From Octopus vulgaris (taxonomy: Eukaryota), in contig OX597823.1 in the NCBI GenBank assembly GCA_951406725.2, positions 20,832,001 through 20,896,000 on the forward strand: a stretch of DNA of 64,000 bases. Direction: 5' to 3'. The position numbers and the translations under genes are program-made. Positions 41,150 to 52,651 of this stretch are shown here, piece by piece. A model generated the notes under the pieces. It was given only the letters and a program-made list of their open reading frames with translations, was not told the DNA's origin and searched no databases. Within the stretch, counting starts at the first letter, position 1. Each line of letters opens with the position of its first letter.

Positions 41150-42520
41150 ATTGTTAAGGCATTGGCGTTCTTGACAACAATATCTGTCTAATTAGACCTT
41201 GATCTCCCTGTCTCTGTGCATTAACATATCTCAGATAACATTCGTTCTTTCCTAGTGTATATGCATATGAACGGGTTTCTCTTGGTATTTCAGGATACTG
41301 GCATGATTTCCAGTGTATATCAGGCACAACTATATTAGGCTTGTAGAAATATTTTTTCTGATATGAAATTTGGCTGACGGAGACAATGCCGTTAATTGTT
41401 TCGTCCCACCGCCCACATAATCTGAATCGCTAAATATATTGGAATTTATTACATGTTTTGGTTGCTTCTGAGAGAATGTCTTTAATTCGTTTATACAATA
41501 CTCCTATCACAGTGATGAGCGATGCGTCTCTTAAACAATATTCTGTAATGTCTTCGTCTCTATCCTCCATCTTCAAGTGTTTGAGTATTGTCTATTTAGA
41601 AGCCTTTCATAACATTGAATTATGCATTGCATTTGGTAACCCGAAATGTTGCTTACTTTGCACTGTTTTAATATAATGTATGCTGATTCTCTTTTCTACT
41701 TAAGCCTATCATTCATTTCGGTGTCTGTTTTGTATTTGTCGTACTTGAACCCAAGAAAAGGTTTTTGAGAAAGTAAGAAAGTTACTTGCTTTACATTTTC
41801 CTTAATATTCACAAGATAATTGTGTAGTTCTACTGTGGATATTTTATAATAGGTTTCTACTTTCACAAGACACGTAACTTCTTGTCTTCGTAGTAAATAT
41901 AATCTCTTTTCGTGAGATTTTTCGTGGGTTCTTCCAAAGGCAGTTATTATCTTTCTTTGTTTATCAGTCTGGTCTTGCTAATTCATTTAACGTCCAATTC
42001 AGAATAGCATAAATGTTACTTATAACAGACACAACCACAAAATTGATGCCTATTACATTGTTTGTACTTAGCCCTGTTCTAAGTATTCATCTAATGCGTT
42101 TATATTATTCTTTCCCATAATTTTCTTTCATTTAAGTATGCTATATACTATCTTCTCCATTGATTTCTAATTATATCTCTGTTTTTCTTCTATTATCTGT
42201 GTTTCTTTAACTCTCTTAGTTTTACTGTTCTTAATTAATTTCCTCTCTTCAAGTTTGTCTTGGCTTATTTTTCTAATCCGAATCTAATATGAGGTTCTCT
42301 GGTAAATTCGTGTTCTGTATTCAGCTGTGATTATCATCTGCTCTGTACTACATGACGTCGGTCACATGAAAAAGATAGCTGAATATATCTGCAGAGTATC
42401 TGTATCCACGTTCAGTTGCCATTAACATATAAGTTAAAAGTGCTAACACAAGGAATAAAAAGACGGAGAAGCAGTCTTTTCCGAAGATTCCCCTTCAAAT
42501 GAAGGTAGTTTTGGTTTTAT
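41150..42520 (-). mobile_element. Decayed LINE reverse transcriptase 3' portion (RTE-like)
   Basis: Minus-strand fragments RADD, LIKNSKTK, FLG and RFRLCGRW occur in the order of RT domains 5-7 and the RLRWLGH motif; many stops. Confidence 0.45.
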
Positions 42521-42719
42521 AACTTCCGCTTTCTCTGTACCTATGATGTGCTAAATTTATTTTCTATTTATTTGTTATGACGAAAGAGGTCGTGGGGTGA
42601 ACGAGACCTAAAAGATCGGGGAAAAACAAGTCCCTCTTCGATTAAGTCGTCATTGACTGTATTAAGATCCACTTGGGGAGAAAAGTGAGAGTAGGAACAG
42701 AAGTGCTTTCTTTCAGCAA

Positions 42720-42754
<35 letters not shown>

Positions 42755-43232
42755 TAACTGTAGCAGAAAAAGGAATAAATAGTTAGGGTGAATGCACCTG
42801 CAGATTAGAAATCAACAGTTGAGAGATGGATCGTGGCTTTGATGGGAAGGGTTAACCTGGATTCGTAGAGTTCCTTGTTTGGCTTTTGTTGAAGGTTATC
42901 CCATATCAGGATGACTTGTCATATATGGCTCTACGTTTTAATTACTATATGTACCTCTTTCTCATTTTATCCGTCCTATATTTTCCTTTCTCTCATCATT
43001 TTCATAATCCCATACAGAAATTGTAAACAGTTTTTGTAATGTCCCCCTTATCTGATGTCTCTTGTAGAAAGTAAAATAAATGATAATAATAATTATTATT
43101 CATTATCATCACCATCATAATAAGGTTAACTCAAATGAAGGTGGTCCAACAAGTGTGGCACTTGCAATAAAACCCAAAACCTGATTTTTAAAATGTATAA
43201 AAACACACTAGCAAAACCTCTAACACACTTAC

Positions 43233-43380
43233 CTCCTCCATTTCTGTAACATAAGTAAGGGAAGCGCCAAACATTGCCAAGTCCTACAGCATATCCAAGA
43301 CACGTGAAGAAGAACTCAATCTGATTTCCCCAGGTTCCTCTTTCTTCTTCGGTAGGATTCTTTGTCGCAACGGATTCGTT
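43233..43380 (-). CDS. Internal coding exon (TM1 region) of an SLC6 sodium/chloride-dependent neurotransmitter or amino-acid transporter
   Basis: [49 protein letters not shown](G), the SLC6 signature. Acceptor TATACAG| at 43381, donor G|GTAAGT at 43232; 148 nt, phase 0 to phase 1, at the usual NGGG intron position. Confidence 0.96.
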
Positions 43381-43526
43381 CTGTATAGTATATCGAAGAA
43401 AATATTGCATAAGGGACAAACGAATATGTATGAATGTCTGTATGTATGTGTGTGTATGTGTTGAATAAAATGAGACAACAAAACCAAGAGTGTGTGGAAT
43501 TTATAGGACATTTATTAAGAGAAAGG

Positions 43527-43578
43527 TAGTCTTACAGCTGTTTCTGGGATATTAGGGATATTCCTTCATCAGAGACGA
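43527..43578 (-). ncRNA. Minimal type I hammerhead ribozyme motif
   Basis: GUCU-CUGAUGA-A-GGAAUAU CCCUA AUAUCCC-A-GAAA-CAGCUG-UA-AGAC: canonical core, palindromic stem III, GUA site. Confidence 0.8.
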
Positions 43579-43705
43579 TATGAGAGAGTTAAACAGAGAG
43601 AAATAGCAGAGTTCAAGGTAAGGAGATATTTGGGAAAAGGATGGATATAGGAAGTATAAAGGGAAATAAGAGAATATAAATAAAAATAATATGTATGTAT
43701 ATGTG

Positions 43706-43749
<44 letters not shown>

Positions 43750-43752
<3 letters not shown>

Positions 43753-44504
43753 TGGCAGGGCAAGACTGCTAGGTAGTCGGCCGTATGCTAGAAATAGATC
43801 ATCAACGATCATACTACAAAGAAAGTTCTCTAGAGGAAAAATTCAGCCAATATACACATATATTAGAATTTTCTCTGATTTCTCAGATTTTTTGTATGCT
43901 GGACTATTGGTTTTAAATTGATATTGAAATTAATATTAATTTATCTCCCTCATTATTTAAATATTGAAATAAATACGTTCTCTAGTAGCAAGCACTAACC
44001 GCAGTGAATTATTTACTGCAGTTCTTCGCTTCAGGAATTCTTCAGCGCGCCGGAACTAAGACATTTGAAATTTTATTCCTAATGGAATCGGCAAAACTAA
44101 ACACGTGTCTTTTTGGGCTCAGAAACCTGGGGTTAGTTTTTCAGATTGCATTTACACTGAACAATTGTACTGATGAAGCCACGGACATTTGAATTATGTA
44201 AGTAATTGTTTTGTATAAGGCCGAAACCGAGGTATGCAATTAATTCTGTTTTTTATATAAATTTTCATCTGTCCTGCCTGCCAAATTTGGTTCTGGTGTT
44301 CGCTGAATTTTTCCTCTAGAGAACTTTCTTTGTAGTATGATCGTTGGTGATCTATTTCTAGCATACGGCCGACTACCTAGCAGTCTTGCCCTGCCAATAT
44401 ACACATATATTAGAATTTTGTCTGATTTCTCAGATTTTTTGTATGCTGGACTACTGGTTTTAAATTGATATTGAAATTAATATTAATTTATCTCCCTCAT
44501 TATT

Positions 44505-44511
<7 letters not shown>
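43750..44511 (+). mobile_element. Non-coding Penelope-type/retrozyme-like element: inverted X, Y, unique region with hammerhead, X, Y, (TA)n
   Basis: 43750-43847 is the reverse complement of 44302-44399 (1 mismatch). 43846-43964 is directly repeated at 44393-44511 (period 547). Confidence 0.8.
44163..44241 (+). ncRNA. Type I hammerhead ribozyme motif with a long loop II
   Basis: AAUUGUA-CUGAUGA-AGCC..GGCC-GAAA-CCGAGG-UA-UGCAAUU: 7-bp stem I, intact core, GUA site. Confidence 0.75.
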
Positions 44512-44570
<59 letters not shown>

Positions 44571-44719
44571 GTGAAATAGAAAGATGAATAATCTTGTAGC
44601 AGATTAATCAAAAGTTTAACCGATACCTTGGTAGCAAAAATCACTGCAGAAGACAGCACGGTTGGAGGTACAACCATATGGTGTTGCAACCGTGCGTTGG
44701 TGCAGATAATTGAATTTTA

Positions 44720-44831
44720 ATATTATTAGTGAATTGAAGAAATGGAGCTGAACGAAGATTGAACAGAAATCGTTTTAAAAACGATTTCTGTTCAATCTTC
44801 GTTCAGCTCCATTTCTTCAATTCACTAATAA

Positions 44832-44834
<3 letters not shown>
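44720..44834. repeat. Perfect palindrome, 57-bp arms around a single central base (44777)
   Basis: ATATTATTAGTGAATTG...AATCGTTTT-A-AAAACGATT...CAATTCACTAATAATAT. Confidence 0.95.
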
Positions 44835-44861
<27 letters not shown>

Positions 44862-44862
<1 letters not shown>

Positions 44863-45244
44863 CTCTCTATATATAAACGGCAGTTTGTCTGTGCGTTTTC
44901 TGTGTGTCTGTTTTCTTGTACCCTCACTCTGACCACGGCTTTCAACCGATTCTGATGAAACTTGACACACGCATAGCCCAATGTCATAATTTAAAACTAA
45001 CGCAGCGAAAATTTTGAAAAGTTCCCCCAGTTCTGAAAAAAATCGATAAATTCGACATGGGGTCGAGAATCAGAAACCCAAACCACAGACCGTCTAGGGG
45101 ACGCAACTCCACCTTTTTTAACTCTCAAAAAAATTTACCATCATTTTTTTTTCCATTTTTTTTCTATTTTTTGGCTATAACTCTCTAAAAATGCTTTATA
45201 GTTATTTCCCTTACAAACCTGGGCAACGCCGGGCGATACTGCTA

Positions 45245-45245
<1 letters not shown>
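44862..45245 (+). mobile_element. Non-autonomous Helitron with the 1730-type 3' end and a different 5' body
   Basis: A|TCTCTCTATATATAAA start; ends GTTATTTCCCTTACAAACCTGGGCAACGCCGGGCGATACTGCTAG|T. Confidence 0.85.
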
Positions 45246-45331
<86 letters not shown>

Positions 45332-45632
45332 GTGGAGGCGCAATGGCCTAGTGGTTAGGGAAGCGGACTTGCAGTCGTAGGATCGCGGTTTGGATTCCCA
45401 GATCGGGCGTTGTGAGTGTTTATTGAGCGAAAACACCTAAAAGCTCCACGAGGCTCCGGCAGGGGGGGCGGATGATCCCTGCTGTACTCTTTCACCACTC
45501 TTTCTCCACTCTTTCTTCTGTTGGCCTGCTCGCTTAGCCAGCGGGGTGGCGTCATTTGAAGGCTAGAACAATGCGAACGCATTGTGACCAGCGATGTATA
45601 ACAACATCTGATGGTCTGGTCGGTAACATGAT

Positions 45633-45640
<8 letters not shown>
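45332..45640 (+). mobile_element. SINE group C, tail type 4, ending ATCACGTGA(TA)n
   Basis: Group C head to ~45520, then a tail not shared with the other copies. Confidence 0.87.
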
Positions 45641-45678
<38 letters not shown>

Positions 45679-45982
45679 ATCATGTGACCGACCAGACCAT
45701 CAGATATATATATATATAGAAAGAGAGAGAGAGGATGTTACAGTTGCAGTTCCATTATCCAAGTAAAGTGCTGTGTAGAATGGGTAGAAATGCTTCTTGT
45801 CGATGGTAAGTAGATTCCGATAGGATTTTATATTTTGTTATTACGGGTGGATAGTGTGGAGACCTAAACTCCATTAATTCATACTAAGCTCTGGCGAAAA
45901 ATTAGGAATGAAATAATTGAATTGTTACCCTCGCTTTTTCACTCACACGTATATACTCTCTCTCTCTCTCTTTCTCTCTATG

Positions 45983-46034
<52 letters not shown>

Positions 46035-46174
46035 TGTATACAATAAAATGTGCCTGATGTCTATGTTTGTACATGTTTGCGGATTTACTGTCTATAACTG
46101 CAGGGTGGAAGGTGTTTATAATCCATTTAAAAACACACAAAAACCGTTAGTTTCAGTTCAAAATTTAAATTTAT

Positions 46175-46225
46175 TTTGTCAACATATTTCCGTCGATTTG
46201 AAACCTCCACCTGTTCACTGACAAA
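46175..46225 (-). ncRNA. Degenerate hammerhead-like motif with a GUGAACA core (G3/C8 swap)
   Basis: UUUGUCA-GUGAACA-G-GUGGA..UCGAC-GGAAAUAUGU-UGACAAA: perfect 7-bp stem I, but the 3' core is imperfect. Confidence 0.5.
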
Positions 46226-46572
46226 GAATTCCGTGCTGCATAACTGTTAAACATATATGTACGAATTCACAAATGCCTTGTTCAACTTCTTTTCATTTAT
46301 TATAGTATTTTTCCACATAAAGAATATGCTTAGGCTTAGAGCAACAAAAAAATACTACAATTTCTAACGTATTAAAGAAGTTTAGAGAAAAAAAAATTAT
46401 GCTTGGAATATATGCTGAGAATTGCGGGGGGAATTTAAAACGATTACAAGTCGCTTATGTAAAAATCACGTTGTCCTATTTAATTTTTATTGATAGAATA
46501 AAAATTTTTGCTGATAGAATAAAAAAGCGAATACATCATACACGTGCGCAAGTAGACACATTTATATTTACA

Positions 46573-46832
46573 CAGGGTGTTCAAAAAGTCTGTCCACAGT
46601 AAGCATTTTATTGTAAAATACATATTTATAAGATGGTTTAAGACCACAAAAGAATATATTGGATTTTACAAGACTTTAAAACACTTTACAAGAAGTGTTG
46701 AATGTGTCGTCCTTCATTTTCAGTACATAAGTTGAGTCTTCTACACACGTTTTAATATACGTTTTCGAGAGTCTCACTCTTGGAGAGTGAGGATGAAACA
46801 ATTCGCTGCAGAGAGACGTTTTGAACACCCTG
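46573..46832 (-). mobile_element. Tc1/mariner deletion derivative (MITE)
   Basis: TIRs CAGGGTGTTCAAAA / TTTTGAACACCCTG|TA. Minus-strand RRLNLCTENEGRHIQHFL* resembles a transposase C-terminus. Confidence 0.78.
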
Positions 46833-47253
46833 TATATATATTGTGTGTATGAATCTATGTATATACATATACATGCTTACATATACAAACACATTTATAG
46901 ATACACACATACACACACACTCACTTACACATATGCACTGTATTATTATGAAACCTGCAAAAACATCACAAAAATATCACAAAAAACTGGTACCCAGAGT
47001 TTCACATTCACGTTCGTCCGACAGTTTAGATTTTTCAATCCTAACGTGAAATTCTGAGTAGCAATTTTTTGCGATATTTTTTAGATGTTTTTGCAGCTTT
47101 GATAATAATAAAGTATACTACTCTACCTCCGGTATTCGAGTACCATTTTTTCCCACCTTGTTTCACATTTGTGTGCATACTGTGGTATCGTGAGCTACTA
47201 CACACATTTTTTTTCTCTCCTTGTTTCTCTCCTTGTTTTTCTTTTCTGTGTAC

Positions 47254-47289
47254 CTTTCTGTAGAAGAGCGTAGGCTCGAAACGTAAAAG
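47254..47289 (+). ncRNA. Ultra-minimal type I hammerhead motif (A6U variant)
   Basis: CUUU-CUGUAGA-A-GAGC GUAG GCUC-GAAA-CG-UA-AAAG. Confidence 0.65.
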
Positions 47290-47379
47290 AATTTTTCTAT
47301 TCCTGAGCGCTATACTAATACATCTGTTTGCTTGTACACCACCTGCTTTCGTCTTTTGTTTATTTTCGTAATCTTTCCC

Positions 47380-47462
<83 letters not shown>

Positions 47463-47513
47463 CGATGACGGAATATCACATACTCTGGGATATCCCAGAA
47501 ACAGCTGTAAGGA
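47463..47513 (+). ncRNA. 5'-truncated hammerhead motif related to 43527-43578
   Basis: CGAUGA-C-GGAAUAUC..GAUAUCCC-A-GAAA-CAGCUG-UA; the 5' strand of stem I is lost into (TA)n. Confidence 0.6.
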
Positions 47514-48047
47514 TTTCCGATAATGATAACGTATATGACTTGAGATGTCTGCCTTGTTGTCCTCTTTAAAAGTTATATAAATATAAACATAGTTAAACAA
47601 ATGTGTGTATGTGTGTGAGTATATGTATATACACAAACACATATATGACAATTGTACACTGTCGTATCTCTGCAACTGTTTCAAGAGGACCAGATTTGCG
47701 AAGAACCATAATCCCCCTGTGATATGCATACGTTGTCATAGATATGCAACCAGCGGCAAGTTTAGAAGTTATTGCAATAAATGTGGCCTCTGTTTTTAAA
47801 AGAAGATTGGCAAATGCAAGACATGCAAAGTACAGTGAGCAGCCTTCTTCTTATGATGTTGAATATGCCCCAAACACACTTGCACTGGTAAGAAGCTTGT
47901 ATTCATTCACATCACTGCATAGCTCTTCTACTCCAAAACACTCCCTCGTGCGCATACACACATGCATATATATATATATAGACAGACAGATAGACAGACA
48001 GACTGGTAGATAAATACATATACATACTGTTAAATAGACAGACAGAC

Positions 48048-48084
<37 letters not shown>

Positions 48085-48107
48085 CACAGACAGACAGACA
48101 CACAGAG

Positions 48108-48157
<50 letters not shown>

Positions 48158-48605
48158 GTAGTAGGTAGGTTTGTAATATGCATGTATCACACACAAATAG
48201 ACACATATAAATACATACATACATACATACATACACACATACATACATATAGAGGGAAAGAGAGGGAGAGAGAGGGAAAGACAGAGAATAGAAGAGTAAC
48301 ATCTTTTATAAGATGATGTAACAATTAAACCGGTACAAATTAGAAAAAAACATCTTTTTCTAAAGAGCTGTAATCTTTCATATTATGATATTGCTAACAA
48401 TAATAATAATTATTATATATTAATAGTTCTCAAGATAGAAGCAGTTATTTTCATTGCACTAGTAGTAAATGTAAAGCGAACACAATGAAAATAACATTAT
48501 AGTAAATATTATTGCTATCATCATAGAGATTTTATATGAATAATACGTTCTTACTGCAACGTTTCTCTCTCTGTCTCTGTCCCTGTCTCTCTCTGTCTTT
48601 CTCTG

Positions 48606-48655
<50 letters not shown>

Positions 48656-48884
48656 GGGAGAGAGAGACAGATACATAAATAGTTTGATAAATGTATATAT
48701 GCTTCCATATATGTTTGCATATATACACACATACTTACATATACGCATGCATGCATACGTATATTTCAGTGCTAGAGCATTGTATTTTTCTTAGAAAGAA
48801 GCTCCTTCTTCAAAAGGAAGAAGACAAATAATTAAAATCAGATAAAAAAAAACATACATTCATGTAAACAAACACACACACACT

Positions 48885-48943
<59 letters not shown>

Positions 48944-49053
48944 GTATATATATATACACACACATATGCATATATATATGTATATATATACACACATTAT
49001 GCATATACATATGTATATGTATATATATATATATATATATTTATTTATTTTTT

Positions 49054-49087
<34 letters not shown>

Positions 49088-49266
49088 GAATATAGATATA
49101 TATGCATGTATATATGTGTATATATATATATATATATATGAATATATGTATATATATATACATATATGCATATATGTATATATATACACATATATACATG
49201 CATATATATCTATATTCATATATATATATATATATATATGCATGTATATATGTATATATATATATG

Positions 49267-49352
<86 letters not shown>

Positions 49353-51736
49353 CTCAAGTGCTCACATATTGCACTCATACCTTTTATTTTATCAGATAAA
49401 ACATTGCGACTCTCCATACAATGAATTCCTAAGAGGATTTTTTTAAAGTTATTATAACATGAAACGTATGCATATATGTGTTACAGCTTTTTTTTGCATC
49501 TGAATGCATAAGTACACATTTGTGTATATTTGTGCAGTGATGGGAGTGTGAATTAGTACATGCATGAGATATGTGTGTGCGTGTGTGTGTGTGTGCGCGT
49601 GTATATGTGTGCACGCGTGCATGTGTGTGTGCGGATGTATGAATATTTCTCTAGAGTATTAGCTGTGATAGGAACTTATTAAAATTGGAGAATTAGACCA
49701 CATTCCTCTTATATTTTTCTATTTACGCAAAACACAAAAAAAGAAAAAAAAAAAAAAAAAAACAGAGGAAAAGATACCTATCAAAATTTATCTCTAATAG
49801 GAAGTATAGAATTTTTGTATCTATATTCTTATACTTTTCTTTTACAGGTAAAGCTTTCTAAAAACTAATTACTTTTCAGTCCTTGTAATTCACACCGTAA
49901 TACTAATGTGTAAATCAAGCACTCCACTATCGCAATACCTTAATTCCCGCCTGCTTTAAAGAGTACCTCAGTATTCTATTCTATCGATTGTTGATGAAGA
50001 TCAGATGGATCTTCATATTGGCCAAGAAACTCCGAAATTATGAGTCAAGAATCTCTACTTTTTTTTTTTTTTTTTGCACATCGAAATTGCAGAACAAATA
50101 CGTTTACTTTCTCAAATTTTCCATATCCATAGTTAAGGATACTAATATTGAAATTCTTAAAATATATATGGCTTCATTTATTATGTACCCGTATTGTGTT
50201 CTAATACGTAATGTCAACGCACTTTCTCTCTTCTTAACTTTCGCTCTGGATATTTTAGAAGCTGTGCCCGATGTTGTTTCAGACAGCGCGAAAGCAGTAT
50301 CGGGGTCACCATTTCTGAAACCTGTTGCTGTTGTTGATCGTACATTTACCGCAGTCTGCTACCCATTTTTAAAATTATTTTACTATGTTTCAGGCCTTTA
50401 CAACTACATTTGACCTTTACAACTACATTTTATGCACTGCACCGCCACCTTTATTGAATTTTTCCTCGCTCCTTTAGTGGGGTGCAGATCTGGTTATAAC
50501 TTTGTGATCTTCGAAGGGCTAGGATTAGGTTTAAGACTTGGATACCCACTGTGATCCCATCTAACTACATTTTATTACAACTGATCCCCTCAACATATGC
50601 ACTTGCTGTATCACAAGTGTAACAACCAGCGAAGGGTAAAGTCAAGAACAATATCTCTAACCCTGACATTTGCTTATATTTTTCACATGTACAGGCTCCA
50701 CTCTGTGGACGAATGTATAACCTATCAACGCTGTTTTGTTTTCCCTTCCTATTTTCGCTTTTGAAAGCCAATCGCAATCTTCCATGTGCTCTTCTTTGGT
50801 CGATGCAGCACTAACTCTGCTATATATATAGATCAGGGTTTCTTGTACCCTCACTTTCGAGGACATATAGTGATATCATACCGGCTTTATTTCTTAATCA
50901 GTTGTATGTTATCTATCAGTTTCCCCTACGTGTATAAATTCCTCACACAATGAAGCTTTCTATTTCTGTCGAGAATGCGATAAGCTGATTTCGTTCGTGA
51001 CTGTTAATTTGTTTATGCATGTGATAGACTGTAATTGCGACTGCATCAGTTTATTGCTGTTCAAGTGTATATCAGCGTGTTATCTATAACTGCAAGTTTG
51101 TTGACCGTCATGTTTTTCTATTTAATGCTTATTTAAAAGTAGCCGTCATATTTTCAAACATTTGGAGACAATATTGGCAAGTATTAACTCGGAGATTGCC
51201 AATTAATCCGATTATTGTAGAGGTCAGCAATGTTGGTCATAAATAACCAAAATAATATATATGTATGATTGTGTGTCGTGTGTGTGTGTGTACAATAACC
51301 TTTTCCTATTCAATGGTAAGCAGAGATTTGTACATTGATTGCACAATATTGGAAAGTCTAAATCCTTTGTCAAACCAAAAATCCTCAACAAATATTTTTC
51401 AACATTATCATCGTGGAAACAGATACATCCTAAACGAAGCTCTGCGAAACGTGGTCGGTTTCTAATGAAAAGAAGAAGAGGATGATGATGATGATGAACA
51501 ACAACAACAACAACACGAACAAGGAGTGAATAATAAAACGTGTACATGCGTACGCGCATGCCCGCGTGTTTATGTATGTGTGTGTGTGTTAATTGCATGT
51601 ATGTGAGTGATTAATATTAGTTTAAACATATACTGTCACACAAAACCGCAGGTAGCCATGCAAATAATACAAATACAGATATGCATAAGTTCATACATAT
51701 ATATAAATAGACACACATATACATGCACACATATGT

Positions 51737-51791
<55 letters not shown>

Positions 51792-52151
51792 GAGAAAGAC
51801 GAGAATCTTTCCGTCAAGAGGCTTCCTGTCGAATTAAAACCGCCATCAGCTTCCTCCCACCCCGAGTTCACCTCAAAGAAGAGAGCCTCCACTGTTCGAC
51901 ATGTGTGTGAGAGAGCCGCTCCGTCAATTTGAGTGTGTCTTTACGTATACGTTTCGGTGTGTGGATACATACATACATACATACATACATACATACATAC
52001 ATACATACATACATACATACATACATACATACATACTTAATAACACACACACACGAATATAGTTAGATAGATAGACAGATAAACAGGCAGACAGATAAAT
52101 AGATAGATAAATAGATTGATAGTTAGATACATAGAGAGATAGTTAGACACA

Positions 52152-52192
<41 letters not shown>

Positions 52193-52320
52193 TAATTTAC
52201 AAGATAAGGGCAGAAGAAAAATTCTAATTTCTGCCCTTATCTTGTAAATTATGTATAAATTTTACCTTTAAAGGCATTTTTTGATATGCTGGCCATTTTT
52301 AAAAATTTTTATCCTATATC

Positions 52321-52371
<51 letters not shown>

Positions 52372-52517
52372 TATAATAATATATATAAATATATGAATAA
52401 GAGGAATAGCCTTATGTAGTATAATTCCTAGTCCTCGGACATTTTTGTAAGGATGCTAGCCACTGGTTTAAATTAGTATTAACTAATAATATTAATTTCT
52501 ACCCTCATTATGTAACT

Positions 52518-52550
<33 letters not shown>

Positions 52551-52616
52551 CACCGCGAGGACATGGAATAAGTACAGAATTTTTGGACGCTCAAGAAAGG
52601 AAATAAAATAAAGAGG

Positions 52617-52651
52617 ATTTCATGTTTGGAGTGGAGCACTTCGTCAGAAAT
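52617..52651 (-). ncRNA. Decayed minimal hammerhead motif
   Basis: AUUU-CUGACGA-A-GUGCUCCACUC-CAAA-CA-UG-AAAU; GAAA and the cleavage triplet are mutated. Confidence 0.4.

Noticed and set aside
43126-43419. 97-aa ORF as a complete gene
   Set aside because: Only 43233-43380 is SLC6-like and it is bounded by splice sites; the rest is intron read-through.
44945-44965. CTGATGA followed by AAC as a hammerhead
   Set aside because: No stems; it is part of the CCGATTCTGATGAAACTT motif inside the Helitron.
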